A stretch of 63,996 nt of DNA, filler included, from Thraustochytrium aureum (lineage: Eukaryota): NCBI GenBank assembly GCA_012862495.1. It is 4 parts of 3 records of this genome, joined end to end, with 100 filler letters (N's around TTAATTAATTAA, not from the genome) between each part and the next. Parts side by side here need not be neighbours in the genome. Positions count along the whole stretch, not along the records: positions 17,237 to 46,999 come from BLSG01000073.1; 3 more parts are not named here. The stretch is one strand, 5' to 3'. Each line of letters opens with the position of its first letter. Positions within the stretch are counted from its first letter, which is position 1. A program made the translations under genes and the position numbers. The notes below the pieces were generated by a model. The model saw only the letters and a list, made by a program, of their open reading frames with translations. It was not told where the DNA came from and did not search any database. This document shows positions 22,631 through 33,341 of this stretch, in pieces.

Positions 22631-23902
22631 ATGGAGCGCGCACGCAAGGCGGGCAGCAATAGGAGAAGCTGCGTGGATGAGGGGTGTGAGACGGCCGCCT
22701 CGTTTGGGCTGGCCGGCAGGCGGGCGACCTGGTGCAAGGCTCACGCCCCCGAAGGCGCTGCGAATGTNNNNNNNNNNNNNNNNNNNNNNNNNNNNNNNNN
22801 NNNNNNNNNNNNNNNNNNNNNNNNNNNNNNNNNNNNNNNNNNNNNNNNNNNNNNNNNNNNNNNNNNNNNNNNNNNNNNNNNNNNNNNNNNNNNNNNNNNN
22901 NNNNNNNNNNNNNNNNNNNNNNNNNNNNNNNNNNNNNNNNNNNNNNNNNNNNNNNNNNNNNNNNNNNNNNNNNNNNNNNNNNNNNNNNNNNNNNNNNNNN
23001 NNNNNNNNNNNNNNNNNNNNNNNNNNNNNNNNNNNNNNNNNNNNNNNNNNNNNNNNNNNNNNNNNNNNNNNNNNNNNNNNNNNNNNNNNNNNNNNNNNNN
23101 NNNNNNNNNNNNNNNNNNNNNNNNNNNNNNNNNNNNNNNNNNNNNNNNNNNNNNNNNNNNNNNNNNNNNNNNNNNNNNNNNNNNNNNNNNNNNNNNNNNN
23201 NNNNNNNNNNNNNNNNNNNNNNNNNNNNNNNNNNNNNNNNNNNNNNNNNNNNNNNNNNNNNNNNNNNNNNNNNNNNNNNNNNNNNNNNNNNNNNNNNNNN
23301 NNNNNNNNNNNNNNNNNNNNNNNNNNNNNNNNNNNNNNNNNNNNNNNNNNNNNNNNNNNNNNNNNNNNNNNNNNNNNNNNNNNNNNNNNNNNNNNNNNNN
23401 NNNNNNNNNNNNNNNNNNNNNNNNNNNNNNNNNNNNNNNNNNNNNNNNNNNNNNNNNNNNNNNNNNNNNNNNNNNNNNNNNNNNNNNNNNNNNNNNNNNN
23501 NNNNNNNNNNNNNNNNNNNNNNNNNNNNNNNNNNNNNNNNNNNNNNNNNNNNNNNNNNNNAAAGCGCTTCGTCGCGTGTTGAATTCCACCTTTCTCGAGG
23601 TCCAATGCGAGGTCAACGGTTGCGAAAGCGCGGCATGGCGTCGCACGCCCCAAAGCCTTCCGCTCAAGTGGTGCGTCCTGCATGTGCCCGATTCCTATCA
23701 GCAGCGTGAGCACGGTAAGCGAGGCCGAAGCTTGGACGATGACTGCGTGCAGTCTGCCCCTCGCAAAATCCAGCGCCCCCCGGAGACAGCCACCAAAACC
23801 GAATGCATCGAGGAGCCACTGAGCAGTGGCACCAACACCGACTGCATCGAAGCACCACTCTGCACTGGCAGCGCAGGAAATCCCACAGAGCGATGGGTTT
23901 GA
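22631..23902 (+). CDS. Protein with EsV-1-7-like cysteine-rich repeats (middle in gap)
   Basis: CVDEGCETAASFGLAGRRATWCKAHAPEGAANV before the gap and CEVNGCESAAW...WCVLH after it; both fit the C-x4-C...C-x2-H EsV-1-7 pattern. Confidence 0.7.
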   Translation: MERARKAGSNRRSCVDEGCETAASFGLAGRRATWCKAHAPEGAANXXXXXXXXXXXXXXXXXXXXXXXXXXXXXXXXXXXXXXXXXXXXXXXXXXXXXXXXXXXXXXXXXXXXXXXXXXXXXXXXXXXXXXXXXXXXXXXXXXXXXXXXXXXXXXXXXXXXXXXXXXXXXXXXXXXXXXXXXXXXXXXXXXXXXXXXXXXXXXXXXXXXXXXXXXXXXXXXXXXXXXXXXXXXXXXXXXXXXXXXXXXXXXXXXXXXXXXXXXXXXXXXXXXXXXXXXXXXXXXXXXXXXXXXXXXXXXXXXXXXXXXXXKALRRVLNSTFLEVQCEVNGCESAAWRRTPQSLPLKWCVLHVPDSYQQREHGKRGRSLDDDCVQSAPRKIQRPPETATKTECIEEPLSSGTNTDCIEAPLCTGSAGNPTERWV

Positions 23903-25081
23903 CGGAGGCCGTCAGCACGCCGATGTCGATATCTATAGATAGATATAACTCTCACCAATTTAGAGGAAGCAAGGCGGCGGGCGGCCCAATCCAGCAAAGC
24001 AAAGCCCACATGCTCATCTGCAGCCTCTCGCAAGGACTCCGCGTCCCGGGGAGATTGACGGCGTGCCTGTCGAAGCCAACGAGTGAGCGCAGGGGGAAAG
24101 CGGCGCGGACCATTCCCTTGAGTGAAACTGAGGTGAGTTCAAGTGAGTAGTGAAAATGAGGTGATTTCACCTGGAGGACCGCCACTCGATCCAGCCAATC
24201 CAGCCGGTCAAATCCACTCGTCCAATTCCCAGGCACTTGCAGAGCGCGCAGCAGACCACTTCAGGTCGGGATTCATATTCGCAGTGAAGCGGATTGCCTC
24301 CGCGGCGCGGTCTTCCCACTCTGTTCGCCCAAAGCCTCGGAGTGGTCGACCACCGCAGCGTATACCCTGTTTTGTCCGGGCGCCAGCGTCAACGACTGGT
24401 GGTCAACGAACTCGCGGTGAACGAGTCCAGTTCATGGCAGAAAGCGCGGTGAGTTGTCCGTTGAAGGGTCCGGCGAAGTAAGTGTCTTGTAAAACTCGTC
24501 GTATCCTGCGTCATGTAATGAATACTCCAAACTGACTCCGAAGTGCCTTTTATTTTTATAAAGTGCCAGGCAGCCCCCTCGTTCACCGGACATATTTCGA
24601 GTCCAAGAAGCCCGTCTCGTGTTGGCTGCTTGCACGGCCCTCCAAGTCTCCTCATTTGAAGTCCACCCATCGCCCACACCTCATTCAAGAGAAACTTTGC
24701 TAGCATGTGCATCTCAACTGAGACCATTTCTGTACCCCCGCTTGGTTGGCGCTGACTCGCGCAAGACTTGCGTTGCTCGTGCCGACAAGCACGAACTCCC
24801 GAGCTCCTGTCTGAGAAGCGTGCACTGTGCCGTAACAGCTGTGGGCGTGGGTGTAAGTTTTCTCCCTTCGGAGAAAACACGCCCTCCGTCACAGCCGTAA
24901 CAATCGACTCGGAGGTTCACGTTGGCAGAGTGTTTTGGCGACTCTCCGAGCTGAGCCAGAGCGCTCCAGTTGCGATCGAAGTGCGAGCAGTCACCGAACA
25001 GGCCGCGTTGCAAACGGCGCGGCGCGCAGGGCAGCCCAGGTGAGAAGCGACACAAGTGGCCGTGTCGTGGCGGCTAGCAAC

Positions 25082-26569
25082 ATGAACACTGATCAGGCGT
25101 CGGACGACATGCCTTACCTGCAAGGCCTCGACGTCCCTGTGACGTTCGTTGACCACAGCGACATCTCGTCCATGGCGTCAGGCGAGTCCGAGAGCAATTC
25201 AAATAGGCGGCCTATTGCCAAGCGTAGATCCAGCAGCAGGATGGCCAGCAGTCTGTCGGTGAACGAGGCGGCCAGCGCGCCCCCGCCCCCGCTCTTCCTG
25301 GAAACGGCGCACCCTCCCCCACTGATCCAGCTGCGCCAGAACCCTGCTTTATTTGCTAAAGGTGAAGCCTTCGACTCGATGCAAACCCCGCCGCGGGCGA
25401 AAGGATCTCCAAACAGCAGGTTCCCAAGAGAAAGCTCGCGCAGCTCGCTCGTTGAGGAGTCCAAGTCAGGCGACGAAGCGGACAACGATGACGACGACGT
25501 GCCCAGGTCTGTGCCGCTCAACTCTGTGTTCCAACGCGCGCAACCTCGCACGTCGCTGCTAGACGCCAAAAGCAACAACCAGGCCAGCGCCGACAGAGCC
25601 CGCGCATCGCACGATGGTCTGCAGGTCCCGACAACCGCGCAGCGCCGATTCTCGCCTGAGCATGCACAAGCGGAGCTGCAGGCGTCGCTTTACGCAAGGA
25701 GCAAGCGCACTGCCCGAACCGTGCTGCCGAGCGCCGACCTTCGCTTCACTGACGCAAGTTGGGAGTACAGTGCGGACGTCCCAGACCTCGCAGTCTCAGG
25801 CGAGTTTGACGAGGTCGACCTGCCAGTGTCCGCTAGGGCGATGGCGCGCATGGCATCGGCCGCTACGCTGCGCCATGGTGACGCGAACAAGTTGGATATC
25901 ACTGATAGCCGCAGGAGGGCTTCGGTCCCCATCGACGAGGCATTGTCGTATGCGCCTGTTCGGCTTTCTCCACCGCCCCTGCGGATCATTGCTCGGCAAT
26001 TGGGTGGGTGTGAACGCGGCGAAAGCCCTGCTGAAGGCTCTGACACTGACAAACAAACGAGGCATCGGGGCAAAGCGCGGGCGCCCTTGAGCGCAGACCT
26101 GAGTCCTGGCCCGCCTTGCATCGCAACGCGCAGCGGCACAGCTAACGTCATTCCGCCACCACCGCCAGACAGCCCTCCCCCGTCGCCGTCTCTTCAAGAC
26201 ACGGTCGCTGTTGTGGCTGAGGACGAAATCTTTGGCGCAAGTGAGGCATGTCCCCGGCAAGAGGTGCCGAGGCCAGGCAGCGACAGGTCTGGCGCAAGCC
26301 CAAGCTTCACCAACGTGTCAAACGAGCCCGTGTCGGCGGACGGGGTGGCGCCCCGGCCTTCGGACGACGCGGCCGCAGGCCTTACCGGCTTGCCGAACAC
26401 GCCATACACGCCAGAGTCCCTGCCTCCAGGGGATCCGCTGCCCATCCCGCTCCGAGCTCCAACGCGTTCAGCGCAACGAGACATTGCGGCGGAAGACTTT
26501 GTCAAGCTCAGGGAGAGGCGCCCGAGCAGCGGATGGTGCTTCGCAATGTGCTTCTCGGGCGTCCGCTAG
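25082..26569 (+). CDS. Low-complexity S/P/R-rich hypothetical protein
   Basis: Long ORF of about 495 aa with disordered-type composition and a Cys-containing C-terminus (GWCFAMCFSGVR). Confidence 0.6.
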   Translation: MNTDQASDDMPYLQGLDVPVTFVDHSDISSMASGESESNSNRRPIAKRRSSSRMASSLSVNEAASAPPPPLFLETAHPPPLIQLRQNPALFAKGEAFDSMQTPPRAKGSPNSRFPRESSRSSLVEESKSGDEADNDDDDVPRSVPLNSVFQRAQPRTSLLDAKSNNQASADRARASHDGLQVPTTAQRRFSPEHAQAELQASLYARSKRTARTVLPSADLRFTDASWEYSADVPDLAVSGEFDEVDLPVSARAMARMASAATLRHGDANKLDITDSRRRASVPIDEALSYAPVRLSPPPLRIIARQLGGCERGESPAEGSDTDKQTRHRGKARAPLSADLSPGPPCIATRSGTANVIPPPPPDSPPPSPSLQDTVAVVAEDEIFGASEACPRQEVPRPGSDRSGASPSFTNVSNEPVSADGVAPRPSDDAAAGLTGLPNTPYTPESLPPGDPLPIPLRAPTRSAQRDIAAEDFVKLRERRPSSGWCFAMCFSGVR

Positions 26570-27238
26570 CCAATCTGTGGGTGGATGCCATGATCGTGTC
26601 TTGGCCTTTAGGTTGTGCCACTGCCGACGGCACCATTGTGCCACCAGAGCTCCGCTGAGAGATTGCCGTGGCCTGGTCGCTAGGTGTGGTCACGGCACAG
26701 TGCGAGCGACCGGCGTGGAGTCGCGGTCGCTGATGAGAGTCTCGCAGACCAGTGGTGCTGGCCTGCTTTGCGCGCTGACACTCGCCAGCGCCCTGTCAAT
26801 CGCCAGCGCCCTGTCAATCGCGTCGCGTCAAACGCGTCGCGTGAGCAGCCCGTAGTGAGAAAGAGGCTGATCTGAAAATTGCTATTTCCTCCGCGCCTTG
26901 CTTGTCGACGCCTCGCCTGGTTGAGCCGCGCGAGGCGCTCCCTCGCGCAGCCCGCGCGCACCTGCCTGCCTGCCTGCCCGCCCGCCTTTGCGTCCACCGA
27001 ACCCGCTCTCTGCCCGTCAGCAGGCCTCGCAGCGCGTCCCGAGAGCCTTCGCACGCCAACTCAGCGGCGAGAAAGATCCCCGTGACTCCGCAGTCCCCGA
27101 AGCGCAGTGGTGACCGCACTCGACGACGAGCCGGACGCGAGCAGGCGGCTTGGGAGCTGGCACAGGTCTCGCGCGTCGCGTCTGCAGAGGCTGGGCGCGC
27201 GCAGAGCGGAGCGAAGCAGGTTTTTCTTCGAGCAAGCC

Positions 27239-27974
27239 ATGCCGGAGATCGAGGAGCTTCCCTCGTCGGACGACGAGGAGGAGGTTGTAGCAGAGCAGAA
27301 GCCGGTCCAAGATGATAAGGCGACGCCGCAGCGTGTTGATCCGGCGGTGGTGCACCCGGCCTCCTTTGGCGAGGAGATCCCAGAGCGCTTCCTGGAGACG
27401 ATGGTGAACCACCCGGGCTGCGTTCGAGTCGTGAAGAAAGACGCCAAGGAGGCCTCGCGGCTGAAAGAGCTCGGAAACGAAAAGTTTCGCGCCGGAGAGC
27501 TGGACCTCGCAATAGAGTTTTACTCGGATGCCCTCGACTTTTGCCCGGACGAGGATGAATTCAAGTACAGCGCCGCTGTCTTCCTGAGCAACCGGGCCGC
27601 GTGTTTCCTCAAGCTCGGCCAGTACGAGGACGTGCTGGACGACTGCACCGACGCGCTCGAGCTAGACCCCCGGTACGTGAAGGCGCTCATGCGCCGGTCT
27701 CAGGCGCACGAGGCGATGGGCGACTTGGACGCCGCCCTGGCCGACATGAACCGGGTTTTGGAAATCGACTCTTCGATCCGAGAAGCGGTGAAAAGAACAG
27801 GCTCGGCTCGACGCGGCGGTCAAGAAAAAGCACGAGGCGCTCAAAGAAGAGATGATGGGCAAACTCAAGGACCTGGGCAACACAGTCCTCGGCAAGTTCG
27901 GGTTTAGCCTCGACAACTTCAAGACTGTGCAGGATCCCAACACGGGCAGCTACAGCATTTCGTTTCAGCAATGA
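27239..27974 (+). CDS. TTC1: Tetratricopeptide repeat protein 1 homolog (frameshift near 27795)
   Basis: [19 protein letters not shown] and [11 protein letters not shown] motifs; the alternate frame gives the diagnostic [41 protein letters not shown]. Confidence 0.9.
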
Positions 27975-28112
27975 TGATCTGCGCGTCGAGCTGCGCTCAG
28001 GCGGAAGAAGCAAGAGGATCGAAAGCAAAAGACAAAATTTAATTGCATAGTACACGTTTTTTTTTAAACCCTGACGACGGGCCTTCCGCGCGGGTGCGCC
28101 GAGCCCCCATCC

Positions 28113-28244
28113 CACGCCGCGTTCGTGGCCGCTGCAGCGGGCCCGGCCGCCTGCAGCGGGCCCGGCCGCCTGCAGAAGCCCGCGCTGGATCTCACGCCGC
28201 GTTCGTGGCCGCTGCAGCGGGTCCGGCCGCCTGCAGAAGCCCGC
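28113..28244. repeat. Local duplication of the 3' end of the C2/EF-hand gene
   Basis: CACGCCGCGTTCGTGGCCGCTGCAGCGGG[C/T]CCGGCCGCCTGCAG occurs twice, with an extra internal sub-repeat. Confidence 0.85.
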
Positions 28245-29421
28245 GCTTGATCGTGAATGCGAGGAGCTCGTTCAAGTGCACAAAGCCGTCCCCGTTTAAG
28301 TCGAGCTCGCGCCAGCACTCGTCAAACGAGCTGAGCGAGTAACCGGAGACAATCATATTGTCGTACATTGCGCGAAACTGGTTGCGGTCCAGCTGCTTCT
28401 TGCCTGCGGTGTCGAAGAATGCAAAGTAGTCGCTCACGGATTGAACTTTGTGCTTTCCTTCATCGTCGAGCTGGAGGAACTGGAACCGATTCTCGCGGCG
28501 CCAAAACTCGACAAACTCGTCGAGCTCAATCTCTTGCGAGCCGTCCTGGTCGAGAATTTTGAAAGCGTCCTCGTCTCTGCCGCTAAAGTCGTAGCCCAGG
28601 TCCCTGGCCATCTCGAAAAACTCTTCCCGGGAAATCGTCCCGCTGCCGTCAGCGTCGTACTTTTGGAAGACTAGGAGAGACAGGTTGATGGTGTGGTCGT
28701 GTCCCAAGATGGGCGTCATCGCGGTTGTGCGCTCCAATTGGGCTCGAAGGTGCATGTCGCCGCGCAAGGAGCCACTGCAGCTCGCGGACTCGGAGGCCGA
28801 GTCTGACCCGTCGTCGGAGCCCGAGTCGCTGCCGACGCCATCTGCACCCGCGCTCTCAAGCGGGGGAGGGGCTGTCGCGGCCGGGTTGTCGTTCGGCTCC
28901 TTTGCGAGTTCAGCCCGCTTGGCGCCAGGAGCGAGTTCGCCGTTCGCGCCCGCGCTTGCGCTGGTGGCTTTGTTGCGGGCGAGCCTTGGTCCGATGTTCT
29001 TGGCTGGGCCCACAGCTGCGCCCTGGATGACTAGCTGCAGCTGGAGCGCTCCACCTTGCTTGCTGGATTTTTTCAGCTTCGACAGCTGGTACCAGCGCCG
29101 TCGGCCAAACGATTCCTGGTCAGCGAGCACTTCGCCCATGTTGATCTCGAGCTTGCCAAGCGGGTCGTCAAACTTGAACTTGTCTTTGTCCCAGACCTCG
29201 ATTGTCATGATGGCGTGCTTCTTCGTGGTGAGCGGGGCCATCACGACAGTGAGCTCCTCGTTCCAAGTCGGGGAGCAGGTCCGCTTGACCACTTTCGTCT
29301 TGAATTTCCCCTTGTCATAGCGGACGACGCAGTACGGATCGCTCTTGCCGCCGAGGTCTGCAGCAGGCAAGTCGCGGCCTTGGAGGACTCGAAGGGTCAC
29401 GGTCGGCTTGTTTCCGGACAT
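28192..29421 (-). CDS. C2-domain plus EF-hand calcium-binding protein
   Basis: C2 motifs GRDLPAADLGGKSDPY, PTWNEE, EVWDKD; EF loops DADGSGTISREE, DQDGSQEIELDE, DLNGDGFVHLNE. Confidence 0.92.
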   Translation of the reverse strand: MSGNKPTVTLRVLQGRDLPAADLGGKSDPYCVVRYDKGKFKTKVVKRTCSPTWNEELTVVMAPLTTKKHAIMTIEVWDKDKFKFDDPLGKLEINMGEVLADQESFGRRRWYQLSKLKKSSKQGGALQLQLVIQGAAVGPAKNIGPRLARNKATSASAGANGELAPGAKRAELAKEPNDNPAATAPPPLESAGADGVGSDSGSDDGSDSASESASCSGSLRGDMHLRAQLERTTAMTPILGHDHTINLSLLVFQKYDADGSGTISREEFFEMARDLGYDFSGRDEDAFKILDQDGSQEIELDEFVEFWRRENRFQFLQLDDEGKHKVQSVSDYFAFFDTAGKKQLDRNQFRAMYDNMIVSGYSLSSFDECWRELDLNGDGFVHLNELLAFTIKRGLLQAAGPAAAATNAA

Positions 29422-30618
29422 GTCGCAGCGAGCTGCTGCACCGAGGCGGGTTGCCCTGTGGAGCTGCGCAAGACGCGCACTCTCTCAAGCTCTACTCTCT
29501 CTACGAGTAGAGCTCCAGAGCNNNNNNNNNNNNNNNNNNNNNNNNNNNNNNNNNNNNNNNNNNNNNNNNNNNNNNNNNNNNNNNNNNNNNNNNNNNNNNN
29601 NNNNNNNNNNNNNNNNNNNNNNNNNNNNNNNNNNNNNNNNNNNNNNNNNNNNNNNNNNNNNNNNNNNNNNNNNNNNNNNNNNNNNNNNNNNNNNNNNNNN
29701 NNNNNNNNNNNNNNNNNNNNNNNNNNNNNNNNNNNNNNNNNNNNNNNNNNNNNNNNNNNNNNNNNNNNNNNNNNNNNNNNNNNNNNNNNNNNNNNNNNNN
29801 NNNNNNNNNNNNNNNNNNNNNNNNNNNNNNNNNNNNNNNNNNNNNNNNNNNNNNNNNNNNNNNNNNNNNNNNNNNNNNNNNNNNNNNNNNNNNNNNNNNN
29901 NNNNNNNNNNNNNNNNNNNNNNNNNNNNNNNNNNNNNNNNNNNNNNNNNNNNNNNNNNNNNNNNNNNNNNNNNNNNNNNNNNNNNNNNNNNNNNNNNNNN
30001 NNNNNNNNNNNNNNNNNNNNNNNNNNNNNNNNNNNNNNNNNNNNNNNNNNNNNNNNNNNNNNNNTCCGCCACGAGGACCCACCGCACCCACCGCCAGCGC
30101 AGCATCGCAACCCGCCAACCGGCACGAGAACGCTCGCTCAACCCCGCGCTTTCTTCCCGACCCCTTGCGTCCATCCCGTTGCCGTCCGTCCATCTTGATC
30201 TGATCTTGCCATCCATCCATCCATCCATCCGTCCGTCCGCCCGTCCACCCGCCAGCACGCATCCCTCCCTCCCGGCACCCCCTACCCCGCGCGCGCCGTC
30301 GCGCAGGCGCCTTGCCGCCGCAGGCGCTGGCCCTCGCCCGCGGCGCCGCGAGAGACATTAAGCAGGCGGATCGACGACATCGCGGCGTCGGAGCAGCGCA
30401 GACCGGGATCTCGTGCTGGCGCCGGAGCTGCCGAGGCCTTGCTGGAGCCTCTGCCCCAGGAGGGGCTTCGCGGCGCGGCCGGGGCCCGTCGCGGACAGCT
30501 GGGCTGGCTGGCCCGGTGCGCTGGGTGCGCTGGGCATCCGCGCGCGTGAGGCGGAGGCCGCCGGCCAGCCGGTCGCTCTCGTGCGCACCAGGAGCGGGTG
30601 GCAAGACTCGGACGGACG

Positions 30619-33029
30619 ATGCCGACCACGGGCGAGTCGGTCGGGGTGATTGCTCTGCTCTCCTCGCGCTGAAGCTGCTGCTGCTGACCTCGTACCAGAG
30701 CGCCGAGTTTGAGCGGCAGCGTGTGTGGCTGGCGGTGACGTACAATATCCCAGCGAGAGAATGGTACAGTGACTCTAGCGTGGCGCTTGGGTACCCTCCT
30801 GTATTTGCTTACTTTAAGCGGATCCTCGCAGAGGTGGCTGTCTGGACGGTGGGCCCGCAAGTGCTGAGGCTAGACGGGGCTCCGGAGGCGGGCTCGGATG
30901 CCTCGGATATGCTGGCGGCGTTTGAGCGTCTGAGCGTGATTGTGATGGACTCTGCCCTCCTGCTCGGCATTCTCTTGTATTGCACGACGTGGCCATCTAC
31001 GACAACGACAGACATGGAGTGGTCTCGCAACAAGGTCGTGGTGGTGGTCGCGCTCATCTTGTTCAACCCGGGGCTCATCATGGTGGACCACATCTACCTG
31101 CACTACACCGGGTTCGCAGTGGGCATATTGTTCATCTCGATCGCCTTCCTCCGGCGCGGCGACGACATCGGCGACCTGTTTGGGGCTTTCGCTTTCGTGG
31201 TGCTCCTCTGCTTTGACCACACCTTCGCCAACATCGCGCCGCTATTCGCAGTCTACGTTGTGCGCCACTTTTGCTTTACGTCACTCGGCCGGACGCGGCG
31301 AAGCAGCTCAGCAACGGGCCTTCGTCTCCCAGGCGCTGGGGCAAGCTCAGAGTTTTCCAGTGGGGGGTCGCGGCGCGGCGCTAGCATCTCATCATCGGAA
31401 GGATTGTCCAGTGACGACGCAGACACCGACGGGGGCAACGAGGAGGACGACGAAGACGACGAAGGCGAAGGTGCCGCGCGGACGGCCAGGGCCAGTCTGC
31501 GGCGCAAACAACGACGGCAGAGGCACAGCACTGGGCAACTGAGCGCCGGCAGCGACGGCACGGCCAAAACGTCTCGCGCCGCGAGGCCGATGTCCACTCT
31601 GATGTCTGTGGAGACCATGTCAGCGCCTTATGCTGGTGAGGGGGTGGTGTTGGGACAGATGCGCCAACTCTCTGACGAACACGGTCGCGCGCTCACCCCG
31701 CCGAGGACGCCGCCGAGGACGCCGCCAAAGACAGCCTTTATTGAGTCGCCGGACGGAGACAACTCGCTGGACAGTAGCCCGCTCGAGTCGCCGCGATCCC
31801 TTCAAGGGAACAGCCCGCCACGGCGGCGCCACCGCCACGGCAGAACCCAGTCTGAGATTCCCCGCGGGCTCCTCTTGCAGCAAGCGTACGACCGGTTCAA
31901 GTCTGACGCGAGCTTTAAAAAGCTCTTGCAGCGTCCACGCGCACTTTCAAACCTGGAGATCGCCTCTGAGGAGCGCTCGTTTAGCTTCAAGCGAGCCGTG
32001 GCGCTGCTAGGCGTCATCGCTGGGGCGTGTATGGGAACCCTTGGCCCGCTGGCATTGGCGCATGGGAGCCCTCACGAGCTCGCTGAGGAGCTGTACGCGC
32101 GCCTTGCCCCTACGACGGAGAGTAGCCCTTGCAGGCCCTACTGGGCCCCCAACGTTTGGGCTCTGTACGTTGGCCTGGACAAGGTACTGGCCTCGGTGGC
32201 CTGGTTCTGGGAGCTGCTTTCTGGCGAGGACGTGGGCTTCCTCGGCGCAGACAAGCTAGGGGAGGAGAACTCTGCCTTACTGGTGCTGCCTGCCGTCTCG
32301 CCGTGGGTCAGCGCAAGCCTCGTCGCGCTGACCATGTACCCTGCACTGAGCAAAGTGTGGTTCTACCCTCACCAGTCGGTTCTGCTCCCGGCATTTGTAT
32401 ACTGCATGACCTGCGCGTTCATGTGCGGCTACCACGTGCATGAAAAGTCGGTGCTCATGATAATCGTCCCGCTCACGCTGGCGTCGTGCGACTCGACAAT
32501 GGACGCCAGGCTATATCTGCTCATGTCCTGGATCGCGCATGTCTCGCTGCTGCCGATTCTGGAGACGCCAGATCTCAAAGCACTCAAGCCGGTGCTGCTC
32601 ATTTTGCACTGCTTTTCATCCTTTATCGCGCTGGACCAGTACCATATCATGGCGCGGCGAGCGAGGCGAATCCGTCCCGAGCCAAACGGCGGCGGGGTTT
32701 GCCTAGGAAAGGGCGACAGGTCGTACTTCACCGGGCTAGCAGCCACGTACGTCTTTGCGGAGGTGGTCCACCCGGTGATTCCGTTTTTCGCGGCGACGCG
32801 ATGGCCAGCGTTTGCGTCTGTGGTGGACCAGCTCACCTTCCTTCCGCTGATGATTATATCGCTCTATTGCGCGGCTGGAATGGTCCACTGCTGGACGCTT
32901 GCGCACCAGCAGGTCGTCCGAAAGGTTGCAGTTATTGAGTCCTACCAGTGGTCTCCGCGCGTCGGGGCCGCGCGCGAAGTGCCGTCGGACGCCAAGCTTC
33001 CACCAAAGCTCTCGCTCTACGGCAGTTGA
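30619..33029 (+). CDS. Divergent ALG8/ALG6-family (GT57) membrane protein with a large insertion (frameshift near 30655)
   Basis: YPPVFAYF, FNPGLIMVDH, YWAPNVWALY and GYHVHEKSVL match ALG8; many TM helices. Confidence 0.85.
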
Positions 33030-33341
33030 AGCGATTTGGCAGGGCAGGGACCAGAGGTGCTCCCTGTTGCTTCTCCGGTGAAGACGCGTTGGGGGCAATG
33101 GCACCGGGCGCCAACGTTGGTAGCACAAGAGTATCTTTGGGTAGTTTTGGGTTCTGCCTTTCTTTCTAAAGATGACGCGTCGTCGCCACGCACTCTGCGT
33201 CTTGCTCTTTTTGATTGAGTCTTGCTCTTGTTGAAAGAAAATAAAAACGGCGGAACGATTAGCTCGCAAGATGCTGATGCTCCTCGCTAGGCTACGGCAC
33301 CTGCCCCTGCGACAAACACGACGTCTACCGCTGCCCCGCCC

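Noticed and set aside
23930..24900. Lower-GC stretch with short ORFs as a possible degenerate mobile element
   Set aside because: No transposase, reverse transcriptase or terminal-repeat signature is recognisable.
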